Source: the human T2T-CHM13v2.0 reference genome, Homo sapiens. Taken from it: 64,000 nt of DNA. This document shows, one piece after another, positions 45,426 to 59,665 of this stretch. The notes under the pieces were generated by a model. The model was given only the letters and a program-made list of their open reading frames with translations, was not told the origin of the DNA and did no database searches. Every line of letters starts with the position of its first letter. Positions within the stretch are counted from its first letter, which is position 1. A program made the translations under genes and the position numbers. The DNA is taken from assembly GCF_009914755.1 (NCBI RefSeq), contig NC_060946.1; one strand, 5' to 3'.

Positions 45426-47921
45426 CACCTGGGGCCTGCCACCACTACCACCAGTGCCTGCACACTCCACTCCACTGTGGGACCTGAGAACTAAGGACCA
45501 ACTTGCCCAGGGCTCCCCTGCCACCATCATCACCACCAACACAGACTGCACAGGGGCCCAAGTGCCAGTCCATCACTGCCACCACCCAGGTGAGCCATCA
45601 GGAAGCCTGTCACTTAGGAGCCTGAGGACAAGCATCCTCATTTTCAGCAAAGCCTCACCACAGTCTTCAAAAACAACATAAGCCACTTGAGGGACTTGAA
45701 GACACCACTAATGTTGCTTATAGCTGAATAAATCATAAGGAGTTTACACTATGGCACCCACCCAAAACCAAAGCCAAAGGATCCTACCCAACCAACACTA
45801 TAGATACAGGTATAAGAAAAGTCTTTCCCTATGAAAGCTACTTCACAAAACTGGAAGAAGCAACCATTGCACCAGATGCACACATTTCAACATAGGACCC
45901 AAGAAACAAAAAACCAAGGAATCATGACACCTCCAAAGGAACACAGTAACTCTTCGGTAACATACCCCAAGAAAAAGAAATCTATGAAGTGCCTGAAAAT
46001 GGATTCAAGCTAATGTTCTTAAGGAAACTGAGTGAGATATAAGAGAACACAAGCAATATGAAGAAATCAGGAAAACAATTTATAATCTGAATGATAAATT
46101 CAATAAACAGATAGATATTTTTAAAAGAACTAAGCAGAAATTCTGAAACTGAAGAATTCAATGAATGAAATAAAAAATATAACTGAGACCTTTAACAATA
46201 AACTAGACCAAGCAGAAGAATTTCTAAACTTGAGGAGAAGTCATTTGAAATAACCCAAAGAAAAAAGATTTATAAAAGCCTACATGACACATGGAATACC
46301 ATTAAGTGAAAGAATACTCAAATTTTGGGAGTTCCAGAAAGAGAAGAAGTGGGAAAGTCATAGAAAACCTATTTAATAAAATAATGCCTGAAAACTTCCT
46401 AAGTTTTAGAAGAGATATAAACAGCCAGATAGAGACAGCTCAAAAAATTCCCAAATAGATTCAACTCAGAAAGGTACTCTCCAAGGTACATTATAATCAA
46501 ACTGTCAAAAGTCAAAGACAAAGAGAATTCTAAAAACAACAAAAGTGTCAAGTCACATATAAGGGACTACTCATCAGACTAAAAGCAGATTTCTCAGAAG
46601 AAATCTTCCAGGCCAGGAAAGAATGGAATGATATATTCAAACTGTGGAAAGGAACAAAATTGCTAGCCAAGAATACAACACCCAGCAAAGCTATCCTTCA
46701 GAAATGAAGGAGAAATAAAGTCTTCCCCAGACAAGCAAAAACTAAGGAAATTCATCACCAGTAGACTAGTTCTGCAAGAAGTAAGAAGTTTCTACCTCTG
46801 GAAGCAAAAGGACAATATTTACCATCATGAAAACACTCAAAACTAAAAAACTGACTCAGAGCAGATAGACAAATGAGAAAAAGGAATCAAATTTTACCAC
46901 TATATAAAACCACTAGATCTCAAAGATAAACAATAAGAGAGGAAGAAAGAAACAAAGGATATACAAAACAATCAGAAATTAATTAATAAAATGACAGGAG
47001 TAAGTTCTCACCTAACAGTAATAAACTTGAATGTAAATAGTTTAAATACCCCCATTAAAAGATATAGACTGGTTGAATAGCTATGCTGATGTAAGACAAA
47101 GTAGACTTCAAGTAAAAGAGCATAGATACAAAAAAAGTCACTATATAATGACAAAGAGATTAACTCAGCAAAAGGATATAATGATTATAAATACACATGT
47201 ACCCAATACTAGTGAACCCAGATATAAAAAGCAAATATTACTAGAGCTGAAGAGGAGAGATAGAGCCCATACAATAATTGCTGTGGACTTTCACACCCCA
47301 ATTTTGGTGCTGGACAGATCATCTAGAAAGAAAATCAACAGAAAAATTGCACTTAATCTGGTCTACAGACCAAATGGGCCTCACAGACATTTACAGAAAA
47401 TTTTATCCAACAGCTAAAGAATATCATTTGTCTCATCAGGACATGGAACATTCTCCAGGATGTATCATATGTTAAGCCACAAAACAAATCTCACCAAGGA
47501 TTTTAAAATTGAAATTATATTACCTATCTTCTCAGACCAAAATGGAATTAAACTAGCAATCAATAATGAGAGGAACTGTGGAGACTGTACAAATACATGA
47601 AAATTAAATAACATGCTCCAGAACAACCATTAGGTCACGGAAGAAATTAGAAGCAAATCAAAAAAATTCTTGAAACAAGTGAAAATAAAACACAACATAC
47701 CAAAATCTATGAGACAGAGCAAAAGCAGTGTTACAAGGGAAGCTTATAGCAATCTTTCTGCACCTATATCAAAAACATAGAAATATTTTAAATAAACAAC
47801 CTAAAGATCCACCTCAAGGAACTAGAAAGCAAGACCAAACCAAACCCAGAATTAGAAGAAGGAAAGAAAGAATAAAGATCACAGTAGAACTAACTGAAAT
47901 CAAGACAAAAAAATACAAAAG

Positions 47922-48222
47922 GGCCAGGCACGGTGGCTCCTGCCTGTAATCTCAGCACTTTGGGAAGCCGAGGCAGGCAGATCACTTGAGGTCAGGAGTT
48001 CAAGACCAGCCTGTCCAAAATGGTGAACGCTGTCTCTACTAAAAATATAAAAATTAGCTGGATGTGGTGGTGGGCACCTGTAATCCCAACTACTCAGGAG
48101 GCTGAGGCAGGAGAATCACTTGAACCCAGCAGGTGGAGTTTGCAGTGAAAAGACATTACACCACTGCACACCAGCCTGGGCATTGGAGTGAGACCTAGTC
48201 TCAAAAAAAAAAAAAAAAAAAG
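47922..48222 (+). mobile_element. AluS
   Basis: Full dimer with polyA, inserted in L1 ORF2. Confidence 0.9.
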
Positions 48223-48528
48223 ATCAACAAAAGGAAAAGTTGGTTTTCTGAAAAGACAAAATTTACAAACCATTAGCTAGACTGAAAATACAGAAGACTC
48301 AAACAGATAAAATCAGAAACAAAAAGGAGATATTACCATTCTATGGTAATTTTCTGATACCACAAAAATACAAAGGGTCTTTAGAGGTTATTATGAACAA
48401 CTATATGCCAACAAATTAGAAAACCTAGAGGAAATGGATAAATTCCTGGACACATATAACCTACCAAGATTGAACCAGGAAGAAAGAAAACCTGAACAGA
48501 GCAACAGTGAGTAATGAGATTGCATCAG

Positions 48529-50730
48529 TGCATTAGTCTGTTCTCACATTGCTATAAAAAACTACTGGAGACTGGGTACTTTATAAAGAAATTTATTTGA
48601 CTCACAGTTTCAAGGATGTACAGGAAGCATAGCTGGGGAGGCTTCAGGAAACTTAAAATTATGGAAGAAGGCAACGGGAAGCAGGCATGTCTTACATGGC
48701 CAGAGAAGGAAGAGAGAGTAAAGGAGGACGTGCTACATACTTTTAAACAACCAGATCTCACAAAAACTCACTATTACAAGAACAACAAGAGGAAGTCCAC
48801 CTCCATGATCCAATCAACTCCCACTGGTCCCTCCTCCAACATTGGGGATTACAATTCAACATGACATTTGATTGAGGACACAAAGCCAAACCATATCATT
48901 TTGCCCCCTCCCCTCCCAAACCTCATGTCCTTCTCACATTGCAAAATACAATCATGCCTTTGCAACAGTCTCCCAAAGTCTTAAGTCATTCCAGCATTAA
49001 CTCAAAAGTCCACAGTCCTAAGTCTCATCTGAGACAAGGCAATTCCCTTCTTCCTATGAGGTTGTAAAATCAAAATTAGTTCGTTACTTCCAAGACACAA
49101 TGAGGGTACAGGCAGTGGCTAAATACTCCCATTCCAAAAGAGAGAAATTAGGCAAAACAAAGGCTACAAGCCCCATGCCAGTCCAAAACCCAGCAGGGCA
49201 GTCATTAAATCCTAAAGCTCCAAAATAATCTCTTATGACTCTAACATACAGGCCATGCTCACACAAGGGGTGGGATCCCAAGGCCTTGAGCAGCTCCACC
49301 CCTGTGTCTCTGTGGGGTACAGCCCCACAGCTGCTTTCCAGGCTGGCATTAAGTGCCTGTGGCTTTTCCAGGTGCACAGTACAAGCTGTTGGTAGATCTA
49401 CCATTCTGGGGTCTGATGGACTATGACCCAATTTTCACAGCTCCACTAGGCAGTACCCCAGTGGGGACTCTGTGTGGGGGGGTCCAACCCCAGATTTCCC
49501 TTCAGCGTTGTCCTAATAGAGTTTCTCCATGAGGGTTCTACTCCTGCAGCAGACTTCTGCCTGGACATCCAGGCATTTCCATACATCCTCTAAGATCTAG
49601 GTGGAGGCTCCCAAGCCTCAACTCTTGCCCTCTGCACACTTACAGGTTTAACACCATGTGGAAGCCACCAAGGATGATGGTTTGCACCCTCAGGAGTAGT
49701 GACCCAAGATGTGTCTGGTGCTCTTTTAGCCATGGCTGGAGCTGGAGCATCTGGGATGCAGGGAGCAGTGCCTCAAGGCTGCACAAAACAACAGGTCCCT
49801 GGGCCTGGCCCACAAAACCATTCTTCCCTTCTAGGCCTCCAGGCATGTGATGGGACAGCTGCCACAAAGGTCTCTAAAATGCCTTCCAGGTATTTTCCCA
49901 ATTATCTTGGTTATCAACATTTGGTTCCTCTTTACATATGCAAATTTCTGCAGCCAGTTTGAATTCCTCCCAGAAAATGGGTTTTTCTTTTCTACCACAT
50001 GGCCAGTATGCAAATTTTCCAAACTATTACACTCTGCTTCCCTTTTGAATATAAGTTCCAGTTTCAGATCATCTCTTTACTCACACATAACAAAAGTGGC
50101 CTTGGCTCCATTTCTCAATAAGTTCCTCATCTCCACCTGAGACCTCCTCAACCCAGACTTTATTATCCATATCACCATCAGCATTTCGGTCACAACAATT
50201 TAACAAGTCTCTAGGAAGTTCCAAACTTGCCCTCACCTTTCTGTCTTCCTTTGAGCCCCCCACACTCTGCCCATTACCCAATTCCAAAGTCACTTCCACA
50301 TTTTCAGGTATTTTTATAGGAATCCCCCACTTCTCTGGTACCAGTTTTCTCTATTAGTCCATCCTTGCACTGCTATAAAGAAAACTACCCAATAATGGGT
50401 GATTTATAAATAAAAGAGGTTTACTTGACTCACAGTTCCACAGACTGTACAAAAAGCATGACTGGGAAGGCCACTGGAAACTTAGGCAGAAGGTGAAGAG
50501 GAAGCAAGTATGTCTTACATGGCCAGAGAAGGAGGAAGAGAGACTGAAGGGGGAGGCACTACACACTTTTAAACAACCAGATCTTGTGAAAATTCACTCA
50601 CTATCATGAGAACAACAAGGGGGAAATCCACCCCCATGATCCAATCACCTCTCACCAGGTCCCTCCTCCAACACTGGGGACTACAATTTGATATGAGATT
50701 TGAGCAGGGACACAAACCCAAACCATATCA
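48529..50730 (-). mobile_element. Full-length MSTA-type MaLR (LTR 48529-48898, internal, LTR 50350-50730)
   Basis: Two direct LTRs ending ccatatca; MaLR internal homologous to 17041-17530; perfect 5-bp TSD ATCAG (48524-28/50731-35). Confidence 0.92.
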
Positions 50731-51505
50731 ATCAGTAATAAAAATTCTACCATCAAATCTGAGGACTGGGTGTCTTCACTGCTGAATTCTACCAAAATTC
50801 CCAAGAAGGACTAACACCAGTTCTCCTCAAACTATTCCAAAACATTGAAGAGGAAGGAATTCTTCCCAACTCATTATGTGAGGCCAGCATACTCTGGCCA
50901 GAGTGTCAGTACTCTGTCTGGTACCAAAACCAGACAGAGACACAATTTAAAAAAAAAAAACAAAAACAACTGCAGGCCAATATCCCTCATGAGATACAAG
51001 AATCCACAATAAAATAATAGCAAGCTGAATCCAACAACACATCAAAAAATACACCATAATAGAGCAGGATTTATCTCAGGAATGCAAGGGTTGTTCAACA
51101 TGCACAAATCAATAAATGTGATACATCCCATCAACAGAATGAAGGACAAAATCTATATGATCATCTCAATAGATGCAGAAAAAGTATTTGATAAATTTCA
51201 ACATCCCTCCATAATAAAAACTTACATGACAAACCCACAAAAACTTTATACTGTATGAGGAAAAGCTAAAAGCCTTTCCTCTAAGATCTGGAAGAAAAGG
51301 AAGCCTACTTTCACTGATCTTATTCAACATAGTACTAGAAGTCCTAGCCAGAGTAATTAGGCAAGAGAAAGGAATATAGGACATCCAATTCGGAAAAGAG
51401 GAAGGCAAATTGTCCCTTTTTGCAGACAACATGATCATGTTCATATGTATATGTACATATATACACATATATATATACCTAAAGATTCCACCAAAAATCT
51501 CTTAG

Positions 51506-52197
51506 GGTACAGGTAGTTAGGCATGAGTGGGAGAGGAGAGGGCTCTCCCCCCACACCCACTAGAAATGCTGGGAATGCTGGGTGATGGTTCAGCAATTGT
51601 CACATTGCTTCTCTAAAAATGATAATTCAGCAGCGCCAGGGAGAGGCCATTTCCTGATGATCCACACCTGTTAATATCAAAATGTTAACTGAATGCAGAC
51701 CCCAGGGTAAGCAACTTTCTGGGCATGCATGTTAAGAGTAAAAATGGTGAACTATGATCTTCCAGGGGCACACTACAACAGAAGAGGGAAGAAAGCCTCA
51801 GATGGGCATGTGTATAACCCCCTAAACATACTGTGCAAGCTCAATACCAAAGGGTAAGGAAAGCACTGGGTACACGGAAAGCCCACTTTAAGGGAAGAAT
51901 CATGGGAAAGAGGTGAACTTATAAAAGTCCTAGGATCACAGTTAAACAGAGCACTTGACCTTCTCCCTTTAACCTTTAAGGGCCCTCTTCCAAGCGCACT
52001 TTCCTTTATTTCCTGTTCTAAGGCCTTTTTGAATAAACCTCCATTTACGCACTGGAATTTGCCTTGGTCTCTTTTTCTGCTTTATGCCCCTCAGTGGAAT
52101 TCTTTCTTCTGAGGTGGCAAGAATTGAAGTTGCTATGGACCCTTATGGATAGGCTGCTGGTAACTCAGGGTAACTCGGACCTCTGCCACTGGTAACA
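51506..52197 (+). mobile_element. ERV1 solo LTR (MER50/MER87-like)
   Basis: tacaggtagttaggcatgag...ctggtaaca; TATA and aataaa present; imperfect TSD ttag/ttgg; splits L1 ORF2. Confidence 0.7.
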
Positions 52198-54337
52198 TTG
52201 GAACTGATAAATTCAGTGATGTTCAGGATATAAAATTAACATACAAAAATCAGTAGCATTTCTATACACCAACAATGAACTAGCTGAAAAAGAAATCAAG
52301 AAATTAATTCCACATAGAATAGCTACCAAAAACATAAAATACCAAAGATGACATTTAATCAAGGAGATAAACTATATCTACAATGAAAACTACAAAATGC
52401 TAATGAAAGAAATTGAAGAGGACACCAAAAAATGTAAAGATATCCCATGATCATGGATTTTAATGAATATTGTTAAAATAACCATACTACTCAAAGCAAT
52501 CTACAGATTAAAAGTAAGTCCTATCAGAATACCAACATTCTTTACAGAAATAGAAAAAAAATGATAAAATTTGCATCGAACCAAAGACTTTGTGTAACTA
52601 AAGAAATACTGAGAACAAAGGACAAAATTGGAGGCATCACTCTACCTGACTTTAAAATATACTAAAAAGCTATAGTAACCCAAACAGCATCATATTAGTA
52701 TAAAAATAGACACACACACCAATGGAACAGAATAGAGAACCCAGAAATACATTCACATATTTACAGCCTACTGATCTTTAACAAAGGCATCAACAACATA
52801 CATTAGAGAGACAACACCCTCTTCAATTAGTGGTGCTGGAAAAACTGGATATCCATATGCAGAAGAATAAAACTAGATCCTTATCTCTCACCATATATGA
52901 AAAGCAACTCAAAATGTATTAAAGATTTAAATGTAAGACCTGAAACTATAAAACTAGAAGAAAATATAGGAGAACTGCTTCAGGACATTGGTCTAGACCA
53001 AGATTTTATGAGTAACTTCACCACTATGCAATCTATACATGTAACAAAGTTACACTTGTACCTCATAAATTTATACAAATAAACAATTTTATAGGTAAGA
53101 TTTAATAGGTAAAACTTTATTTTATGGGTAAAGCACAGGCAACAAAAACAAAAATGGACAAATGGGACTATGTCAAACTTAAAAGCTTCTGCACAGAAAA
53201 GGAAACAATCAGCAGAGTAAAGAGACAGCCAGTTAAATGGGTGAAAATATTTGCAAACTATTCATCCAACAAAGGACTAATATCCAGAATACACAAGGAA
53301 CTCAAACAACTCAACAGCAAAAACCCCAAGTAATCCAATTTTAAGATTAGCAAAGTATCTGAGTACACATTTCTCAAAAGAGGCCATTTAAATGGTCAAA
53401 AGTATACTAAAAATCTTCAACATCACTAACACTCAGGGAAATGCAAATCGAAACCACATCTCACCCCAGTTAGAATGGCAATTATCAAAAAGACACTAGC
53501 AAATGCTAGTGAAGAAATGGAGAAAATGGAACTCTTATACACTATTGGTAGGAATGTAAATCAGTACAGCCATCACAGAAAACAGTATGGAAGTTTCTCA
53601 AAAAACTAAAAATAGAAATATCACATAATCCAGCAGTTTTGCTACTGGGTATTTATCCAAACAGAAGGAAAGCAGTATGTTGAAGACATACGTACATCTG
53701 CACACCCATTTTACTGCAGTGCTGTTCACAATAGCCAAGATAATGAATCAGCCTAAATGTCTATCAAAAAATGAATGGATTTTTTAAATGTGGTATATTT
53801 ACACACTGGAATACTATCCAGCCAAAAAAAAAAAAGAATAAAGTCTTGTCATTCCCAGCAACATGGATGATCCTGGAGGAAATTATACTAAGAGAAATAA
53901 GTCAGAAACAGAAAAATACATATCACATGTTCTCATTTCTATACGGGAATTTAAAAAATTGAGCTGATATAAATGGGAAGAGTGGGCGGTCTGGAGAAGA
54001 TAGAGGTTGGTTAACAATCTGAAGTTACACAGCTGATGGGAGGAATAAGTTCTAGTGTTCTGTAGCACTATAAGGTAAAGATAGTTAAAAACAATTAGTG
54101 TATATGTTTGAGAAGCTAGAGAAGAGAATTTTGAATGTCCACAACACAAAGAAGTATTACATGTTCAAGGTGATCATTATGCTAATTGCCTTTATTTTAT
54201 CATTCCATATTGTATACATGTATTAAAATATTATTCTGTATCCCATAAACATATACAATTATTACGTGTCAATTAAAAATAAAAGAAAAAAGTAAAACTA
54301 GTCTAGCTAGAGACTGGGAGAAAATATTTGTAAAACA

Positions 54338-55685
54338 AAAATTAATTCAAGATGGATTAAAGACTTAAATGTCAGCCCTAAAACCATAAAAACCCTAGAA
54401 GAAAACCTAGGCAATACCATTCAGGACATAGGCATGGGCAAAGACTTCATGTTTAAAACACCAAAAGCAATGGCAACAAAAGCCAAAATTGACAAATGGG
54501 ATCTAATTAAACTAAAGAGCTTCTGCACAGCAAAAGAAACTATCCTCAGAGTGAATAGACAACCTACAGAATGGGAGAAGATTTTTGCAATCTACCCATC
54601 TGACAAAGGGCTAATGTCCAGAATCTACAAAGAACTTAAGCAAATTTACAAGAAAAAATCAAACAACCCCATCAAAAAGTGGGCGAAGGATATGAACAGA
54701 CACTTCTCAAAAGAAGACATTTATGCAGCCAAAAGACACATGAAAAAATGCTCATCATCACTGGCCATCGGAGAAATGAAAATCAAAACCACGATGAGAT
54801 ACCATCTCACACCAGTTAGAATGGCAATCATTAAACCTCTGGGGACTGTTGTGGGGTGGGGGGAGAGGGGAGAGATAGCATTGGGAGATATACCTAATGC
54901 TAGATGACGAGTTAGTGGGTACAGCGCACGAGCATGTCACATGTATATATATGTAACTAACCTGCACATTGTGCACATGTACCCTAAAACTTAAAGTATA
55001 AAAAAAAAAGTCAGGAAACAACAGGTGCTGGAGAGGATGTGGAGAAATAGGAACACTTTTACACTGTTGGTGGGACTGTAAACTAGTTCAACCATTGTGG
55101 AAGACAGTGTGGCTATCCCTCAAGGATCTAGAACTAGAAATACCATTTGACTCAGCCATCCCATTACTGGGTATATACCCAAAGGATTATAAATCATGCT
55201 GCTATGAAGACACATGCACATGTATGTTTATTGTGGCAGTATTCACAATAGCAAAGACTTGGAACGAACCCAAATGCCCATCAAGGGTAGACTGGATTAA
55301 GAAAATGTGGCACATATACACCATGGAATACTATGCAGTCATAAAAAAGATGAGTTCATGTCCTTTGCAGGGACATGGATGAAGCTGGAAACCATCATTC
55401 TGAGCAAACTATCTCAAGGACAGAAAACCAAACACTGCATGTTCTCACTCATAGGTGGGAATTGAACGATGAGAACACTTGGACACAGAAAGGGGATCAT
55501 CACACACCGCAGCCTGTCATGGGGTGGGGGGAGGGGGGAGGGATAGCATTAGGAGATATACCTAATATAAATGATGAATTAATGGGTGCAGCACACCAAC
55601 ATGGCACATGTATACATATGTAACAAACCTGCACGTTGTGCACATGCACCCTAGAACTTAAAGTATAATAAAAAAAATAAAAAAT
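54338..55685 (+). mobile_element. 5'-truncated L1PA5/6-like element
   Basis: ORF2 C-terminus (ORFs at 54434 and 55095), 3'UTR and 17-bp TSD aaaatatttgtaaaaca (54321-37/55686-702). Confidence 0.93.
54837..55009 (+). mobile_element. Young (L1PA2/3-like) ~170-bp L1 3' end nested in the L1PA
   Basis: ttgggagatatacctaatgctagatgacgagttagtggg..gtaactaacctgcacattg plus polyA, inserted at the host att|aaaaagtcagg site. Confidence 0.88.
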
Positions 55686-55867
55686 AAAATATTTGTAAAA
55701 CATATTTACAATAAAACACTTATATCCAGAATCTGTACATATTTAAAACTTGTAACTCAGTTAAGAAGAAGGTTTGAACAGATGTTTAACCAAAAGATAT
55801 ATACAAATGGCAAATAATTAAAAGGTTATTAATCATTAGGGAAATGCTAATTCAAATAAGATACCAA

Positions 55868-55995
55868 GCTGGGCATGGTGTCACACGCCTATAGTCCCAG
55901 CTACTTGGGAGGCCAAGGTGGGAGGACTGATTGAGCCCAAGAGCTCAAGGCCAGTTGGAGCAACAGAACAAGACACCATTTCTAAACTAAGTAAA
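55868..55995 (+). mobile_element. FLAM/Alu monomer
   Basis: Single Alu-like monomer; flanked by aaataagatacca repeat. Confidence 0.75.
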
Positions 55996-57106
55996 TAAAT
56001 AAGATACCACTACACACTCTATTTTGTATTCTTTATGAGTCAGTCAGATGGGTTGGGTGCAGCCACAGGAGGAGACATAGAAGCTCAGAAAAAAAAAAAA
56101 AAGTTTATTATACTCACAGGTCCTAGAGACAGGAGGCATGGCATGCCATGCAGGACCACATGGGAAAGACATCAGGTGGTCAGGAGGAAAAAGACAAAGG
56201 GAAGGGTTGGGATACTGCCTTTATTGAGGCTTCTGCAGAAAAGGCAAGGCAGTGCAGAATGAACAGTTTACTTTGTTATGGCAGCCCTAGCAAAGATATA
56301 AGTAGTAAGTGTGAAACAGCTTGGGAAGCTTGGGACCTTGCTAAAAAAGTAAGCCATCTACGATTTAGAGCCAAATCAAAGGTGAAAATAATAAAAGCTA
56401 CAGGTATTTAGAAGAAGAGGGCATATGGTTCTTGTGAAGTCCCCAGGTAAGTCTTGATAAAGCAGGTAGAATTTGAGATAGAACTTAAAATAGACATGTT
56501 TGAGGTCAGTGGACAAGAACATATGAGAATAGTCAGGATAGAAAGTGGAACAATATTCATTAGTATCTATTCACCTACCATGAGCCAGGCACTGAGCTAT
56601 GGTCCAGGAATATAGTGAACAAAAAGGGCATGGTTCTTGTCGTCTTGGTGTGCACAGCCTGAGATACAGCAGGATTGTATGGGACACCAGCATGCACACC
56701 GGCAGTGTTGGCACAGGACAAGTCACAGAGCTGTGTAGTCAGGACCTGTCTCTCTTGAACACTGGCTATCTTTGTACTATGTGATTAAGCACTTGATTTT
56801 GCTCTATGATTATTCCATAAAAGGGATTTGTCATCATTACCATTCTCAGCTGGATTTTCTTCTGCATCAAATATTGCACAAGAAGCTGGATTCCAAACTC
56901 CTGGGAGACAGTGGTGTTTATTCTCCTTTCTTATTTCTCCCATCTTAACAGATGCCAGGGGCAGTGACTCCCCATCTTGAATTCTTGGGCTACTCCCAGA
57001 ATCAGCCATGTCTCTAACAACCAGAACTTGTGAGCAAGACTCATCCCCCTGGGTCTGCCTCTTCAGCACTCACTGTTGATGGTGACTTGTCTCATTGCTT
57101 GTACAG

Positions 57107-57211
57107 GTGGTGACAGTGCCAGAATATTTCAAGAATAGGTTTGGTAGCTATCAGAGTGAGATCCTTCTCTCCATTCTGTATTTATTCCTCTGTATCTTCA
57201 ATAAGATACCA
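57107..57211 (+). pseudogene. SGLT-like exon 5 (105 nt)
   Basis: ttgtacAG|...|GTgagt. VVTVPEYFKNRFGSYQSEILLSILYLFLCIFNKIP vs SGLT1 [35 protein letters not shown] (18/35 identical). Confidence 0.95.
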
Positions 57212-57925
57212 GTGAGTTGTGTAAAATCCAGCCCAAGAAACAGAACCAAGAAAAAAAAGCAAGAGGCAGGACTCAAGATTATGCTGGATTTGTCCCAGCG
57301 ATTTACTCTGGGTCCTCTAAATTACTTGTTGGCCTTTGTTGTGAAGCCAGAGTAGAAAAAAATGACTTCACATTCACAAAAAATAAAAGAAGCATCTTCT
57401 TTACCTCCCAAGCCTAGGTTACAGGTCCCTCCTCTGTATTCCCAGGAACCTTGGGCTTACCCATCTCATATCAGTAGGTCATGTGCTTAAAAGAATCCAG
57501 GAATTTTCACCACCTGTACAAAACTTAAACTTGTTCTGGCTTTTAAAGGCTGTCCTGCGGAAGCCCCAGTCTACCTTTCTAAATGGATCTCCTTATTTCC
57601 TAATGGTTACACACTGTGCTCTAGTCACACTGCTTGCCTCATTGATTCTCAAGTCCAGCAAGCTTATTCCAAATCAAAACCCTCTAGACTTGCTCTGTAC
57701 TGTGTCTGGAATGTTCTTCCCTCAGATCTTGCATGGCTAACTCCTTGTATTATTCCTTGAAAGAAAAATAGCACTTCCTTGAAGGGGCCTTCCAAGGATG
57801 CACCCAATTCATCTCTACTCCATTACTCAGGTCTTGGTTTTTGTCTTTAATTAGAGACAGGGTCTTGCTATGTTGCCCAGGCTGGAGTGCAGTGGCTATT
57901 CATAAATGTGATCATCATTCACTGC

Positions 57926-58582
57926 TGCGGCAGGCCAGGTCTCACTAACGCAGGCCTCTGTAACAACTGTTTCAGCACTGACTGAGTGGTTAAGTTAAAT
58001 ATTAAAAGCTGATAGAGCCAGTGCTCTAATACAAATGCTGGAATGTAACAAAGGCTCACCAAGAGTTTTGTCCAGGCCTTTCCTGGGCCTTGAAGCATGA
58101 TGAGATAAAAAAGGAATTCTTAAAAGGACCCATTTAGAATTAAGCAAGTTTCATTGGGGGTCTGAAGAAACCCCCCAGGTCTCCACAAACAAGTTTATTG
58201 GAGGTCTGCAAGAACTCATCAAACCTCCATGATTTAGCAGGAGACAAGATAAGGGTAATTGCCCCAGCACCTGGGCCCATTTAGATTAAGAAAATTTACT
58301 AAGGCTCCAGAGGAAGGTCTTCAGGACTCAGATCTCAGTTACAGAATAAAAGTTAGCACTTATGTCTTTAGATAAATGCACACTTACACGTAGACATATA
58401 GCTTAGAAGGCACATAAGTTCTAGAAAACTGTAATTTTGAGTTAGTCCAAATTTTGATAATTTCCAGGCCTTCTCCCTGTAACCAGTTACATAAATAAAA
58501 AACTCTTCTTTCCCAGTTCATCTGCATCTCATTATTGGGCCACGAGAGTAAGCAGCCTGATCCTCGTTTTGGTCTAGGAACA
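57926..58582 (+). mobile_element. ERV1 solo LTR (MER49/MER72-like) inserted into a reverse FLAM (57850-57925, 58583-58670)
   Basis: tgcggcaggccaggtctcactaacgcaggcc...ggtctaggaaca; the Alu monomer resumes after it. Confidence 0.75.
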
Positions 58583-59147
58583 CTTGAACTTGAACTCCTG
58601 GGCTCAAGCAATCCCCCTCCTGAGCCTCCCAAGAAGCTGTGATTATAGGTGTGCACCACTGCACCCAGCTTCACTGCTGTTTTTATTTTCTGTGAAATGC
58701 CTGCCACCATGTGAAAGCAATTTATCTGCTTGCTTATCTGGCTTCTCCACTTCAGTGCAAGCTTCCTGAGACCAAGGGCCTCCTGCCTTGTTCACTGCGT
58801 TACCTTCCCCCTGTACTGAGAACATGTTTAGCACATAAGGTACTTCATAAATGTTTTCTGAATAACTGGAATAGTGGCACTTATCACACTGCATAGAAAA
58901 TGCCTATTTTGTGGTTTGTCTCCATTAAACATAAGCTCTTGAGGATGGCAACTGAGTTTTGGTAACTTGTGTCTTCTGAACACTGCTGAGTGTCTATGAC
59001 ATGGTTGGCACTCAGTAAGTAGTTAGTGAATAAATGGATAGATGAATCTGTCCATTTTATCCCTGGCTTTGGAGATCAGAATAACAAAGCAAGGGGTTAT
59101 CCAGTTAAATGATGTGCAGATGTTTCAAAAATCAGTGTCAACTGAGC

Positions 59148-59325
59148 CAGGGGTCAACAAATCTGGTCAGCAGGCCAATCTGGATAATGATGGGCTTTGT
59201 GCAGCTCTGAAGCTAAGAATGATTTTTATAGTTTTAAAAGGTTGTAAAAAAAAAAAAAAAAAAAAAAAGAGAGATGGTATGTGACCAGCAAACTTGCCTT
59301 TACAGGAAAAGTTTGCTGATCCCTG
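59148..59325. mobile_element. MER58-like hAT fossil
   Basis: Terminal inverted repeats caggggtcaacaaa...tttgctgatccctg. Confidence 0.75.
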
Positions 59326-59665
59326 AGAAGTCATTCCCGTTCCCTTTTTCCAGTGGTGGAACTGTAAAAACAACTAACTCTCTGAACTAATTCCCTCTCT
59401 GAAGCTCCAGAGTGGAAGAGGCTAAGTTGTGCCACTGGAAGAATGGGGTTAACTCAAGCCCTAAAAGTACTAACCTTGGCTGAACTCATGGGGCACAAGC
59501 CTATGCTCAACAAAACGGATGAACCTTACCCAGTGTCCACTGGTGATGTAGTGCTATTCAGATACCACCTCTGGTAGATGGCTTCTAAGGTCAGTGTCTT
59601 TGTGGAATCACTGTGGATTTAGTTGGAAGTGAAAGTGCAGCCTGCTGACTCCGTATTCATTTCAG

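Larger units (their letters stand above)
45430..54295 (+). mobile_element. Near full-length L1MA/L1PB-age LINE-1, interrupted by Alu, MSTA and an ERV1 LTR
   Basis: 5'UTR, ORF1 remnant (~45900-46830), ORF2 remnant (from ~46990), L1MA-type 3'UTR and A-tail near 54270. Confidence 0.88.

Noticed and set aside
57095-57355. 86-aa ORF as a standalone gene
   Set aside because: It is SGLT-like exon 5 read through into flanking intron from a non-ATG start; the same applies to ORF 60994-61176 over exon 7.
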